NCBI GenBank assembly: GCA_965205425.1
Contig: CBDBGZ010000007.1
Coordinates: forward strand, 1-64,000
Length of the DNA stretch: 64,000 nucleotides
Source of the DNA: Nitrosopumilus sp.
GTDB lineage: Archaea > Thermoproteota > Nitrososphaeria > Nitrososphaerales > Nitrosopumilaceae
Direction: 5' to 3'
Shown here: in pieces, positions 28,161-38,793 of the stretch
How the letters are laid out: every line of letters begins with the position of its first letter
How positions within the stretch are numbered: position 1 is the stretch's first letter
The notes under the pieces: model-generated
Seen by the model: only the letters and a program-made list of their open reading frames with translations
The model's database searches: none
What the model was told of the DNA's origin: nothing
Position numbers and translations under genes: made by a program

Positions 28161-31016
28161 TTGTATAGCGCCTCTACTGATAAGCAAGCTCCACCTCCTG
28201 ATGCTGGAAAATACATCAGATTGGGAATTGTAGCCATTATTGGAATCGTAATTTTTACTCTAGTGGGAAACCAAGCAGTCATTTTATCAATGAACTTTAC
28301 AGAATTTGGCGATCAATTTACTAAACCTCTCTACTACACACTTGTTTCAACGATTATTCTAGCTGGAATTGCTCTGATTCGAGTAAATATTGTTGGAAGA
28401 TCTTCAATTTTCTGGTATGCAATTAGTACAGGAATAGGATTCCTTGGAAGTGGTAGTCAACAACCTATTACTAATGCAATCTCAAATTTTAGAGATTACA
28501 AGTTATCATCTGCTCAGTTTGTAATTTGGCAAATTACCAAGATCTTACTCTTTGGAGCTTTCTTTGCAAATATCATGTTTGGATTTGCAGCAATGTCATT
28601 TATTGATGGAAATACTTTGGGAATCGAAAACTTACCATCATTATTTTCTTTACCATTTGTAACTCCTGACAATAATCCAAACTATGCAGCAGAAAATGTT
28701 GTTCCAATGATTCCTGCTTTAGTAATATTGATTCCACCATTACTGGCAGCAATTGGATTACGTTTAGTTTTGTATGTTGGAATTCATAGAATAATTAATG
28801 TAATTACATCATTTTTGCATGATTCTAACGAAGGTAAACCAAGATATCTAAATTATGTTTCAACTATAGAAGGAATAATTGGTATTGGAGTTCTTTGGGT
28901 AGGTTTCAATCTATTCTTTACGGATCAAATTGATTATAACACTAGATATGTAATTGGTGGAACTCTTGTAGTGGGTTTTGCTTTAATTGCATTTTCTGTG
29001 GTTGATAGAATTCGTGCACGTGTTCTAACTCATATGTTTAAGAGAGATGTTTACATTAGAATTTTAACAATTATAGCTATTGCAATTATTGTTATAGGCG
29101 TTGTTGGAGTTAACAATAGTATTGCAGATGCAAAGAAAATTGAATACTTGGGACCTTACACTGCTCAACAAATTGGTGTAAATCGTCATTTAGGTGAATT
29201 AAATACCGTACAAGAAAATATTCATGATGTTCAACTAACATCTGTTTCTCCTAATAATATCAAAAATTATGTTAATCAAAATAGTGATGTACTTGATGTG
29301 ATTCGAGTTTGGGATTGGGAGGCTGCATTTGCAAAATTAAAGCCTGAAATTGGTTTAATTCCATATGTAGACTTTGAAGACAATGATATTCTTCGATTTA
29401 ACAATACTTTGTATTGGACTGCTTCAATGAAGCCAATTTTACCAACTTCAGTTAGTCTTGATAATAGGTGGTATAACGAACATCTTGTGTATACTCACGT
29501 TCCTGATGGATTCCTTACTTTAGAGGCAACAGATGGACAGATTGTTGACAGTAGTGAATTTTTCAAACAGAGAGAAATTTACTATGGTGAAGGTGGATTA
29601 TTTGAACAAACTTGGTCTGGTTATCCAAATTCAAGAGGAGAAAATAGTGCAGAACTTGGAGGAGTATCTTATTCAGGTTTAGGAGGATTGGATGTTCCAC
29701 CACCACTAAGTTGGATCTTTGAACCAAACTTTTTGTTGTCATTTCCAGGTGAACCAGTACACATTATGAGATACAAAGATGTACATGACAGAATGGAAAT
29801 TTTGTACCCTTATTTCTTATATGACTTATTTGGAAAAGAATTAGATTCACTTCCTGTAACTGATGGAGAAAATTCCTATTGGTTAATTCCATTAATTATT
29901 GGATTTGATACCGGTGATGTTCCATGGTCAGTAGGTAATCCTTATTTACGTTTAGTAGGATATGCACTAGTTGATTCTTACAATGGGGATATTCAATTAC
30001 TAAAAACTGGGGATGATTTCTTTACTGAAATGTTTGCTAGTCAATACTCTGAACAATTCCAACCAATGCCCACTTGGTTAGAGGAACAAATTAGATATCC
30101 TGTTGAATTGTTCAATTGGAAGACAGAGATGTACAATATCTATCACGTAACAAATGTTGAGACATTTATTCAAGCTAACGAATTTTATGAAATTCCACGT
30201 GGTCTTGATACATACTATGTTGAAGCAAAACCTCCTGGATTTGATCAAACTGAATTTGTAGGACTACTCTCATTGGAATTAAAAGGATCACAAGGAAGAA
30301 ATCTTGCTGGATATATGGTTGTTGAAAATGATCTTAACAATTTAGGAGACTTGCAATTCTATGAAGTCCCATTAGATTCTACCACTAAATTAATTGGACC
30401 TACTGCAGTTAGGGAAGCTCTTGATAGAGATCCAGAATTTGCTCAATTAAAGACACTTTTAAGAAATCCAAGAATTGGTGATAATATTTTGTATCGTGTA
30501 GGTGATCATGATGTCTACTTTATTCCTGTATACACTGCAGGAGCAGGTGGTGTAGTTGCTCAATTAGGTACAATTGCAGCAGTTGGTGCAGCATTTAATG
30601 GTGAATACTTTGTTGGATTAGGTGAAACTCAAGAAGAAGCATTTGAAGAATACTTGAAAAAAGTTTCTGGTGTTGCATCCACAACAACTACAGCTGATGA
30701 TGATTATGTTGAGTTAGATAGAATTGATAGAGTTGATATTATAAAATCAGTATTTGAAGAAAATAATATTACAATATCTGAACCAACATCTATTCAGATC
30801 CCATTATCATTCAATGAAGGAGAGTTATTCTTCTTTACTGAAAATGATCGTGCAGATGCTGAAGAATTCTTATCAGAATTCATTGATGACTTTGTTAAAC
30901 CACGAAGTGATAGGGTATTCATGTGGGAAGAAGGAACAAATCTCAATATTGGAACTGTATTAGTAAAAGATGAACTTCCTGAGATACATTATATCTCTAT
31001 AGAGGTCGGCAACTAA
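28161..31016 (+). CDS. UPF0182-family membrane protein
   Basis: N-terminal TM helices; WYNEHLVYTH, IYYGE, VDSYNG, RYP.ELF. Confidence 0.9.
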   Translation: MYSASTDKQAPPPDAGKYIRLGIVAIIGIVIFTLVGNQAVILSMNFTEFGDQFTKPLYYTLVSTIILAGIALIRVNIVGRSSIFWYAISTGIGFLGSGSQQPITNAISNFRDYKLSSAQFVIWQITKILLFGAFFANIMFGFAAMSFIDGNTLGIENLPSLFSLPFVTPDNNPNYAAENVVPMIPALVILIPPLLAAIGLRLVLYVGIHRIINVITSFLHDSNEGKPRYLNYVSTIEGIIGIGVLWVGFNLFFTDQIDYNTRYVIGGTLVVGFALIAFSVVDRIRARVLTHMFKRDVYIRILTIIAIAIIVIGVVGVNNSIADAKKIEYLGPYTAQQIGVNRHLGELNTVQENIHDVQLTSVSPNNIKNYVNQNSDVLDVIRVWDWEAAFAKLKPEIGLIPYVDFEDNDILRFNNTLYWTASMKPILPTSVSLDNRWYNEHLVYTHVPDGFLTLEATDGQIVDSSEFFKQREIYYGEGGLFEQTWSGYPNSRGENSAELGGVSYSGLGGLDVPPPLSWIFEPNFLLSFPGEPVHIMRYKDVHDRMEILYPYFLYDLFGKELDSLPVTDGENSYWLIPLIIGFDTGDVPWSVGNPYLRLVGYALVDSYNGDIQLLKTGDDFFTEMFASQYSEQFQPMPTWLEEQIRYPVELFNWKTEMYNIYHVTNVETFIQANEFYEIPRGLDTYYVEAKPPGFDQTEFVGLLSLELKGSQGRNLAGYMVVENDLNNLGDLQFYEVPLDSTTKLIGPTAVREALDRDPEFAQLKTLLRNPRIGDNILYRVGDHDVYFIPVYTAGAGGVVAQLGTIAAVGAAFNGEYFVGLGETQEEAFEEYLKKVSGVASTTTTADDDYVELDRIDRVDIIKSVFEENNITISEPTSIQIPLSFNEGELFFFTENDRADAEEFLSEFIDDFVKPRSDRVFMWEEGTNLNIGTVLVKDELPEIHYISIEVGN

Positions 31017-31556
31017 TTGCTACTAGTTGTTGATAACGGTTCTATTTTCACAGAAAATCTAATTAATTTTTTAATTAAAAAAAATATTTCTTTTGAGAAA
31101 CAAACTCCTCATTTCTTAAATTTAAATTCACTTGGAAATTATGATTGTTTCATTCTTTCTGGAAGAAGAAAAAATGAAAAAAAGATTAATGAAGTTAATT
31201 CAAAAATAATTAAACATTGTATTCAAAATAATGTTAAATTATTAGGAATTTGTTATGGCGCAGAAATTCTAGCTCTTACTCTAGGCGGTACAATTAAGAA
31301 AACTAATCTTCAAAAAGGAAATGAAACAATACAAACTTTGACTAGTAATTCAATTTGTAACAATTCTTTAGATGTATTTGAAAGTCATAGATTTGAGATA
31401 TCTAAACTGCCTAGTGTTTTAATTCCTCTTGCTAAATCACAACATTGTAAATATGAAATCATTCAATATGAAAAAAAACTAATTTTTGGAACTCAATTCC
31501 ATCCTGAAATGAGTCAAGATGGGAATGATTTGATTGAAAAATTTTGCTTGCTCTGA
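31017..31556 (+). CDS. Class I glutamine amidotransferase
   Basis: VVDNGS, LGICYG, GTQFHPE. Confidence 0.92.
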   Translation: MLLVVDNGSIFTENLINFLIKKNISFEKQTPHFLNLNSLGNYDCFILSGRRKNEKKINEVNSKIIKHCIQNNVKLLGICYGAEILALTLGGTIKKTNLQKGNETIQTLTSNSICNNSLDVFESHRFEISKLPSVLIPLAKSQHCKYEIIQYEKKLIFGTQFHPEMSQDGNDLIEKFCLL

Positions 31557-31590
31557 TTGATTTTAATATCTCTCAAAATTCCTTCATTTT

Positions 31591-32553
31591 ATGGAAGAAG
31601 AAAATCATGAATTACTTTTACCACTTGTAGATGAGGAAAATATCTGTCTTCCACTTCCCATCAACGTTGTATCAAAATATTGGAATATTGATTTACCTAT
31701 GGCTGAAGCCATAGAAACAGCAAAAAAATATTCAGGGTTTGATGGTAGTATTCTAATTGAAGGAATAGAATCTGCAGAAAGACATGGACTTACATGCCAA
31801 ATAGTTCATTCTTCATTGAATGAATTAAAAAAAATTATTGATTTAGGAATACCTCCAATTGTAATTCTCCCTGGAATTCCTGAAATTACACAACATGCTT
31901 CAGTAATTACTGGTTATAATGAAGAAGAAAAAACTATTTTACATTATATCCAAAAGGGTAATCAAGAAGGTGAGCAGCAAGAGGGAGCAATTCCTCAAAA
32001 TATATTTGAAAAAGAATGGTCTGAAGAAGGAAAGTTGTTAATTATTTTAGCTCCATCTGATATTTTATCATCTATACAACTTGAAAATGATTCAAGTGCA
32101 AAATCAAATAGATTATGTCTTATTTCTGAGAAACAAAATATTTTAAAAAATTCATCTGACGCACTTGAATCTCTAAAAAAAGCTATTCAGATAGATGAAA
32201 ATAATTCAACTGCTCTAAATCTACTTGGTACAATGTTAAATGCACAAAATTCTATTGATTGCATAAAATATTATGAAAAGTGCCTTGAAATTAATCAAAA
32301 TTCATATCTGACTTACAACGGTCTAGGAAATTTCTATCTTAAAACAAACCAATTTAAAAAGGCAGAGGACTATTACACAAAAGCAATTAAAATAGATTCG
32401 AAAAGATCTGCTAAAATTTACAAAAACCGTGCTTATCTGAGAGAAAAACAAAACAAAAATTCTGATGCTAAAGATGATCTGAAAAATTATTTAAAATATT
32501 TTCCAAAAGCTCCTGATAGAGGCGTAATAGAACAAGCAATTAGAGAATTATAA
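31591..32553 (+). CDS. C39-like peptidase domain plus TPR repeats
   Basis: NICLP....VSKYW, QHASVITGY; C-terminal TPR patterns (YNGLGNFY, YKNRA). Confidence 0.8.
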   Translation: MEEENHELLLPLVDEENICLPLPINVVSKYWNIDLPMAEAIETAKKYSGFDGSILIEGIESAERHGLTCQIVHSSLNELKKIIDLGIPPIVILPGIPEITQHASVITGYNEEEKTILHYIQKGNQEGEQQEGAIPQNIFEKEWSEEGKLLIILAPSDILSSIQLENDSSAKSNRLCLISEKQNILKNSSDALESLKKAIQIDENNSTALNLLGTMLNAQNSIDCIKYYEKCLEINQNSYLTYNGLGNFYLKTNQFKKAEDYYTKAIKIDSKRSAKIYKNRAYLREKQNKNSDAKDDLKNYLKYFPKAPDRGVIEQAIREL

Positions 32554-32627
32554 TGCGGAGTGCGGGATTTGAACCCGCGGCCTTCAGCTTGGGAAGCTGA
32601 CGTCATACCAGACTAAACTAACTCCGC
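32554..32627 (-). tRNA. tRNA-Gly(CCC)
   Basis: GCGGAGT/ACTCCGC acceptor; TCAGC-TT-CCC-AA-GCTGA. Confidence 0.96.
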
Positions 32628-32679
32628 CTAGAGGAAATTCATTAACTATGATTAAATATCTTAATTGGTAAACTACAAT

Positions 32680-32853
32680 ATGGATGCAAGATGTCCTGAA
32701 TGTGAAAAAGTTGCAATCTTAGATGATGATGTTACGAATGTAAAATGCCCTCATTGTAATTTTGAAGCAGATTATGATACCTATCTTGAAATAATGAAAG
32801 ACCAAGCAATCAATATGTCATCTGAATATATTCCTGATAGACCGGGAATTTAA
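32680..32853 (+). CDS. Small zinc-ribbon protein
   Basis: MDARCPEC...KCPHC. Confidence 0.8.
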   Translation: MDARCPECEKVAILDDDVTNVKCPHCNFEADYDTYLEIMKDQAINMSSEYIPDRPGI

Positions 32854-32976
32854 TTACCAATAATTTCCTTTATCTGAGCAATCTAAATGAGCTCCACAAT
32901 TGGGACAAAACATATGACATGCTTGCATGTCCACCATTTTGTTATCGCATCTTGGACATCTGATCTCTTCTACCAT
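32854..32976 (-). CDS. 40-aa CPxCG zinc-finger microprotein (absent from ORF track)
   Basis: MVEEIRCPRCDNKMVDMQACHMFCPNCGAHLDCSDKGNYW*. Confidence 0.75.
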   Translation of the reverse strand: MVEEIRCPRCDNKMVDMQACHMFCPNCGAHLDCSDKGNYW

Positions 32977-33041
32977 GCCTATCTTTGACAATCTTGATTT
33001 AAAAATAATGTCCAAAGGTTAATTAGTCGTTCAACTTTTTT

Positions 33042-33452
33042 TTGGAATACTTGGCCAACTTCAAACTTACCATCTCTGATATTAAAGGAAAGTCAGTTTC
33101 AAAGGAACTCAAAGATAGTGATGCTAATCCATTGTTAGGATTACAGTTGGGTAATGAAACTGATGCATCTGTAGTTGGACTAACTGGAAAATTAAAACTT
33201 ACTGGAGGCAGTGATAAATCTGGTGTTCCAATGAGAAATGATGTTCATGGTGCAGCAAGAAAAAAAGTTTTACTTTCTAAAGGAGTTGGATTACAAGATG
33301 CAGAATATGGACAAAGAAAAAGAAAACTAATGCGTGGAAATACAGTATCTGAAGAAATCTATCAAGTAAATTGTAAGTTTGATGGAGAATTACCAGTTGA
33401 AGCTCCTACAGAAGATGCTGCAGCAGAAAAAACTGAAGATAAAAAAGAATAA
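33042..33452 (+). CDS. rps6e: 30S ribosomal protein S6e
   Basis: LTGGSDKSGVPMR, GQRKRKLMRGN; true start probably TTG 33051. Confidence 0.96.
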   Translation: MEYLANFKLTISDIKGKSVSKELKDSDANPLLGLQLGNETDASVVGLTGKLKLTGGSDKSGVPMRNDVHGAARKKVLLSKGVGLQDAEYGQRKRKLMRGNTVSEEIYQVNCKFDGELPVEAPTEDAAAEKTEDKKE

Positions 33453-33483
33453 CTTAACATATACCGATTCTACTTTTTGACTC

Positions 33484-34746
33484 ATGCATTGGAGAGAAAC
33501 TCTTCCTGATTGGTATATCAAAAAATATGGTTATCAACCATGTGTAAACATTGGTACTGCAGGTCATGTAGATCATGGAAAAACTACTCTCATTCAAGCT
33601 TTAACGGATTCATGGACTAGTGTACATAGTCAAGAACTAAAACGTGGAATTACAATACGTGTTGGTTATTCTGATGCTGCTTTTTATAAGTGTAAAAAAT
33701 GTGAAGAACCATTAGGATATTCAACAACTCCAAAATGTAACAATTGTGGGAAAGAAAGTGAATTATCTAGAGTTGTAAGTTTTGTTGATAGTCCTGGTCA
33801 CGAAAGTTTGATGGCAAACATGCTTTCAGGTTCAGCATTAATGGATGGAGCATTACTCTTAGTTGCTGCAAATGAAAAAGTCCCTAAACCTCAAACAAAA
33901 GAACATCTTTTAGCACTTCAAACTCTAGGAATTCAACAAATCGTTGTAGTTCAAAATAAAGTTGATCTACTTTCTTACAAAGAAGCAGTTGCAAATTATC
34001 AAGAAATTACTAAATTTGTTAAAGGGAGCCATGCTGCAAAAGCACCAGTAATTCCAATTTCTGCACAATCTGGATTGAATATTGATGCACTTATTGGTGC
34101 TATTGAATCAACAATAAAAACACCTGAAAGAGATGAAAAAGCTGATACTATAATGCATGTTTTACGTTCTTTTGATGTAAACAAACCTGGAATAAAATTA
34201 AAAGATATCAAAGGAGGTGTTATTGGTGGAAGTCTTACTCAAGGAATTTTCAATGTAGGTGATGAAATTGAAATCAAACCTGGAATTATGAATGAAAAGA
34301 AAAAGACGTATGAACCATTAATGACTGAAATTACTTCATTAGGAACTGCTGCAGGAATTGTTGAATCTGTAAAACCAGGAGGTTTAGTTGCTATTGGAAC
34401 AAAATTAGATCCTGCTATGACTAGAAGTGATTCATTTATTGGTTCAGTAATTGGTAAACCCGGTACACTTCCTGAAAATTCTACTTTGCTAAAATTAGAA
34501 GTAAACCTGTTTGATTCAGCTGTAGGTGCAACTGAGGATATCAAAGTACAACCAATTTCATCTGGAGAATTACTCAGGTTGAACATAGGAACTGCTCCAG
34601 TATTAGGTAAGGTTACCAAAATAAAATCAAAGAATATAGAGATTGAATTGCGAAGACCTGCATGCATCTTTGAAGGTGGTAATGTGGCAATTAGTAGAAG
34701 AATTGCTGAACGATGGAGACTAATTGGTGCAGGAATAGTTGGTTGA
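33484..34746 (+). CDS. eif2g: Translation initiation factor aIF2 gamma
   Basis: GHVDHGKTT, RGITI, DSPGHE, NKVD. Confidence 0.98.
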   Translation: MHWRETLPDWYIKKYGYQPCVNIGTAGHVDHGKTTLIQALTDSWTSVHSQELKRGITIRVGYSDAAFYKCKKCEEPLGYSTTPKCNNCGKESELSRVVSFVDSPGHESLMANMLSGSALMDGALLLVAANEKVPKPQTKEHLLALQTLGIQQIVVVQNKVDLLSYKEAVANYQEITKFVKGSHAAKAPVIPISAQSGLNIDALIGAIESTIKTPERDEKADTIMHVLRSFDVNKPGIKLKDIKGGVIGGSLTQGIFNVGDEIEIKPGIMNEKKKTYEPLMTEITSLGTAAGIVESVKPGGLVAIGTKLDPAMTRSDSFIGSVIGKPGTLPENSTLLKLEVNLFDSAVGATEDIKVQPISSGELLRLNIGTAPVLGKVTKIKSKNIEIELRRPACIFEGGNVAISRRIAERWRLIGAGIVG

Positions 34747-35107
34747 AGTAATCTGTGACACAAATTTTCTAATTCATTTAGCCACAAATAGAATCAAAAA
34801 TTTAGATTATCTGGATGTTGAAATAGGTCAAATCACATTTGTTGTACCTCAAGTTGTAAAAAATGAACTATTTGACTTAGAAAAAAAACCGGAAAAAAAA
34901 CAAGAAATTCAATCAACTTTGAATTATATCAAGAATTTTAAAATAATTCCAATTTTAGGTTCATTTGCTGATAAAGAACTAATTGACTATGTATCAAAAA
35001 ATAGAGTTATTGTAGCTACAATGGATAAAGAACTAAAAAAACAGATCAAAAATAATGGAAGTTCAATAATGTCTTTTTCAAATAATAAAATAGTTTTAGA
35101 ATCTTAG
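34739..35107 (+). CDS. PIN-domain protein (Fcf1/Utp24-like)
   Basis: ICDTNFL, VATMDKELK; usual position after aIF2 gamma. Confidence 0.88.
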   Translation: MVEVICDTNFLIHLATNRIKNLDYLDVEIGQITFVVPQVVKNELFDLEKKPEKKQEIQSTLNYIKNFKIIPILGSFADKELIDYVSKNRVIVATMDKELKKQIKNNGSSIMSFSNNKIVLES

Positions 35108-35141
35108 AAATATTTAACTTCAAGATATTACAAATGACTGT

Positions 35142-35594
35142 ATGGTTTTAACTCTAGAAAGTAAAGCATTTAAAAATGGAGGATCTATTCCAAAAAAATT
35201 TGGTTATAAACATGGAAATGTTAGTCCTTCTCTAACAATAACTGGAATTCCTGAAAGTACTGTTTCACTATCTATGATAATGGATGATCCTGATGCTATG
35301 GGTGCTGTTGGAAAAATCTGGGTGCATTGGGTTGTATGGAATATTGATCCTAAAAATTCTGAATTTATTGAAAATAATATTCCTTCAAATTGTGTTGAAG
35401 GAGAAACCGATTTTGGTGAAATTGGTTATGGTGGACCTGCACCTCCAGATAAAGAACACACGTATATCTTCAGATTGTATGCATTAAACCAAAAGTTAGA
35501 GGCAATCAAAGGTTCAACTAAAAAAGAAATACAATTAGCAATGAAAAATCATATAATTGAAGAAACCATACTTCAAGGAAAATTTGCTCCTTAA
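35142..35594 (+). CDS. YbhB/YbcL (PEBP) family protein
   Basis: MDDPDA, WVHWVVWNI, YGGPAPP..HTY.F.LYAL. Confidence 0.94.
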   Translation: MVLTLESKAFKNGGSIPKKFGYKHGNVSPSLTITGIPESTVSLSMIMDDPDAMGAVGKIWVHWVVWNIDPKNSEFIENNIPSNCVEGETDFGEIGYGGPAPPDKEHTYIFRLYALNQKLEAIKGSTKKEIQLAMKNHIIEETILQGKFAP

Positions 35595-35658
35595 TGTAAA
35601 AAGATTTTAAGATTTTTTATACAAAGAGTAATAAACAAAGTTTTTTAAAAAATATTTA

Positions 35659-37794
35659 TTGCAAGCAAATGCTAAACTTATTTCTCTAGGTAATTTTGAT
35701 TTTAAATTAAATCATTTATTAATTATTGGAATTCTGATTTTATCCTTTTCTATATCATTTTTACTTAGATCTCAACCAGCTCAATTTGGTTTTGAATTAA
35801 ATGAATTTGATCCTTTTTTTAATTATAGAGCAACTCAATATGTTGTAGATAATGGAATTAACGCATATTTTGAATGGAATGATAGTTTAAGTTGGTATCC
35901 GCAAGGTAGAGATATTTCTAGCAATTCTCAAATTATACTTCATTTAACAGCTGCCACAACATATGGGATTTTTGGAGGAGGTATGGATCTTTATGATTTT
36001 ACAATTTTATTTCCCGTTGTGTTTGGATCTTTATCTGCAATAGTAATTTTTGCTTTAGTTAGAGTTATTGGTGGTACCACTGCTGGATTATTTTCTGCAC
36101 TATTATTTTCTATTTCTTTACCCATTTTAATTCGAAGTCCAATAGGTTGGTTCAAATCAGAACCTTTGGGATTATTTTTAGGATTATTGGCAGTATATCT
36201 ACTGTTAAGTGGAATAAATTCTAATAATAAAAAAATTGCATTTGTTAAACTTGTAGGATCTGGAATTTTTACTGCATTTGCAATATCAGCATGGGGCGGA
36301 AATCAATTTTTTGTTATTCCGATAGGCATTTTCATTCTTACTTTGCCATTCTTAAGATCTGATCATAAATTTATTTTATGGGCAATTCCTCTTTATACAA
36401 TTTCTGCTCTTTCTATTTCTTTTGTCTTTGAAAGATTAGGATACAATTTTGTTTTTGGAGTAGGTGGAATGTTATTATTAATTCCAACATTATTTTTAAT
36501 TTCTTGCATTTTTATTCAAAACAAAAGCTCAAAACACAAATTGAGAAATGGATTATTATTTTTGCTGGCACTTTTAATAATTTCGCCTATCATTCTTGTT
36601 ATTAATTTTGATGCTAACTTTTTACCACTTCCTAGTCATAGATATCTAAATGCTTTGAATCCATTTTTAACTACAACTGATCCACTAGTAGATTCTGTAT
36701 CTGAACACGCCACTACAACTTTAGCACAATCATTCTTGTTTCATTCGGTCTTAATGATTTTTTCAGGTATGGGAATTTGGCTTATCATAAAAAATATTCA
36801 AAATAAAAATTCTAATTTTATGAAAAATGATATGATATCATTTGCATTAATTTTAGGAATAATTGGAGTTTATGTTAGTTCAACATTTGTTAGATTGGAA
36901 GTTTTTGCATCTATATCAATTATTATTTTAGCATCTTTAGGATTATCTATACTAACAAAAGATTTATTCAATAATTCTAGAACAAGGAAACCAATTAGTA
37001 AATTAATGCAAGTACCGTATGTTGCAGGAATTATAATTCTCTTAATGATCCCTCTAGTTTATCCAATAGGTTCAGAGGTTTCTTCTTTAACAAATGCACC
37101 TCCAACTATTTTGAATGGTGGGGCTGCTTATACCGTATCAACAAATGATTGGCTAGATACACTAGATTGGTTAAAAAATAATACTCCTAAAGATGCTGTA
37201 GTTGCCTCTTGGTGGGATTATGGATATTGGATTTCTACAATGGGTGAAAGAGCAACTTTAGCAGATAATTCTACTATTAATACAAAAACTATTCAAAATA
37301 TAGCAAAAATGCTACTTGGTGAACCTGATTTGGCTTGGAATCAGCTTAATCAAATGCAAGCAGATTATGTTATTATTTTTGTGACTGGTGAAAAATTAGC
37401 TCTAGAATCTTCAGAATCATTTTATAGATTAGGTGGTGGTGGTGATGAATCAAAAAAACAATGGTTTATGAGAATTGCTGGATTAGATGAAAGGAAATTT
37501 TTGCATTCAGATGGTGCAAGTGGAACTGATTATTTCTGGAATGAAACTTTACTTGGACAAATGTTCCCCTTTTCTTTATTGGGATATGTTAATCCTAATA
37601 ATTTGAATGATCAATCTATATCATATGTACCTGGAATGATTGGAATCTATGAAAAAGATGTCAAATATCCTTTAGATGGAAATGGACCACTAAGATTAGT
37701 TTATGCATCTTCTGGTTATACTGAAGAAAAAACTGGTCCAATGCTTGGAGTTTTTGTTTATGAAGTAAACAAAGATTACAAACCTTTGTTATAA
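35659..37794 (+). CDS. aglB: Oligosaccharyltransferase (STT3)
   Basis: EFDPFFNYR, SVSEH, SWWDYG, DESK. Confidence 0.95.
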   Translation: MQANAKLISLGNFDFKLNHLLIIGILILSFSISFLLRSQPAQFGFELNEFDPFFNYRATQYVVDNGINAYFEWNDSLSWYPQGRDISSNSQIILHLTAATTYGIFGGGMDLYDFTILFPVVFGSLSAIVIFALVRVIGGTTAGLFSALLFSISLPILIRSPIGWFKSEPLGLFLGLLAVYLLLSGINSNNKKIAFVKLVGSGIFTAFAISAWGGNQFFVIPIGIFILTLPFLRSDHKFILWAIPLYTISALSISFVFERLGYNFVFGVGGMLLLIPTLFLISCIFIQNKSSKHKLRNGLLFLLALLIISPIILVINFDANFLPLPSHRYLNALNPFLTTTDPLVDSVSEHATTTLAQSFLFHSVLMIFSGMGIWLIIKNIQNKNSNFMKNDMISFALILGIIGVYVSSTFVRLEVFASISIIILASLGLSILTKDLFNNSRTRKPISKLMQVPYVAGIIILLMIPLVYPIGSEVSSLTNAPPTILNGGAAYTVSTNDWLDTLDWLKNNTPKDAVVASWWDYGYWISTMGERATLADNSTINTKTIQNIAKMLLGEPDLAWNQLNQMQADYVIIFVTGEKLALESSESFYRLGGGGDESKKQWFMRIAGLDERKFLHSDGASGTDYFWNETLLGQMFPFSLLGYVNPNNLNDQSISYVPGMIGIYEKDVKYPLDGNGPLRLVYASSGYTEEKTGPMLGVFVYEVNKDYKPLL

Positions 37795-37798
37795 ATTT

Positions 37799-37954
37799 CT
37801 AAGAATATCTTTCAGCTAATCTATATCTCATGTATTTGTCATCTGGTGAAAATTTAGCAGGATGCACTGAAATTGTTTCTTCACCACATTTAGGACATTT
37901 TTCTTTTAATGTATAGTGACTACATTTTGAACATTTTCGTAACAAAAATCGCAT
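37799..37954 (-). CDS. nop10: H/ACA RNP protein Nop10 (absent from ORF track)
   Basis: MRFLLRKCSKCSHYTLKEKCPKCG...HPAKFSPDDKYMRYR; follows aIF2 alpha. Confidence 0.95.
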   Translation of the reverse strand: MRFLLRKCSKCSHYTLKEKCPKCGEETISVHPAKFSPDDKYMRYRLAERYS

Positions 37955-37955
37955 T

Positions 37956-38753
37956 TTAATTTTCTCGAGTTTTCTTTGAATCTTCTCTAGTAAATTTGAA
38001 TGAGCCTTTTTTCTTTTCTATTTTATTTTCAATTTCTTCAATAATTGGTTTTAATAGTTTTTCAGCAGATTTGAAATCTTCTGAAGTAATTGATAATCTG
38101 TATTTGGGTGCTCCTAAATATGTAATATCTATTGTAGAATCTTTTTTTATTACATCTAACAATGTTTTTTTAATTATTTCAACACCATCTGATTTATTAC
38201 TTGTAATTTCCATAATTCCTCTAATTTCAACTGAAGGGAGTTTAATTTTAGAGCAAATATCTTCAATTATTGTTGCAGTTTTCTTTGCAATTTTTAGTTC
38301 TTTGACAGATTCAATTCCATTTCTTCCAATGGATATGAATGCATCATAGACTGAATCAAATTTCGAATAAATACTATCTTCTAACTTTTCAATTTCCTCA
38401 TCTGTTAATTTAGCTTTTTCTTGAACATTTTGTAATAGTGTTTTTCCTTTTTCAAACTTTTTTACTTCTTTAAGTTTTTGTTTTTTCTGATCTTTTGAAA
38501 CTTGTTTTAATGAAAGATCAATATCTCCACGTTGAGCATTAACTTTCTTTACCAGAAGAACTTTTTTCTCCCCGTCTTTAACAAATCTGTTTACAGATCT
38601 AATCCAACCAGGAGCGATTTCTGAAATATGTAAAAATCCTTGAATATCATCATATTCATCTAGTGTAACATATGCTCCATGATCCATTACTTTAGTAACA
38701 GTAGCGAGAACGATTTCCCCCTGTTCAGGCATTTCTTGAATTTCAGTAGACAT
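37956..38753 (-). CDS. eif2a: Translation initiation factor aIF2 alpha
   Basis: S1 domain GAYVTLDEY, HISEI, IDLSLK; YLGAPKYR. Confidence 0.96.
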   Translation of the reverse strand: MSTEIQEMPEQGEIVLATVTKVMDHGAYVTLDEYDDIQGFLHISEIAPGWIRSVNRFVKDGEKKVLLVKKVNAQRGDIDLSLKQVSKDQKKQKLKEVKKFEKGKTLLQNVQEKAKLTDEEIEKLEDSIYSKFDSVYDAFISIGRNGIESVKELKIAKKTATIIEDICSKIKLPSVEIRGIMEITSNKSDGVEIIKKTLLDVIKKDSTIDITYLGAPKYRLSITSEDFKSAEKLLKPIIEEIENKIEKKKGSFKFTREDSKKTREN

Positions 38754-38793
38754 TTCTTCTAAAATTTCCCCATGCGTAAATTAATGTTCCTAG

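Noticed and set aside
34239..34787. 182-aa minus-strand ORF and similar antisense ORFs over core genes
   Set aside because: Shadow frames of well-supported genes (aIF2 gamma, cbi, coxA, dnaK) with no motifs of their own.
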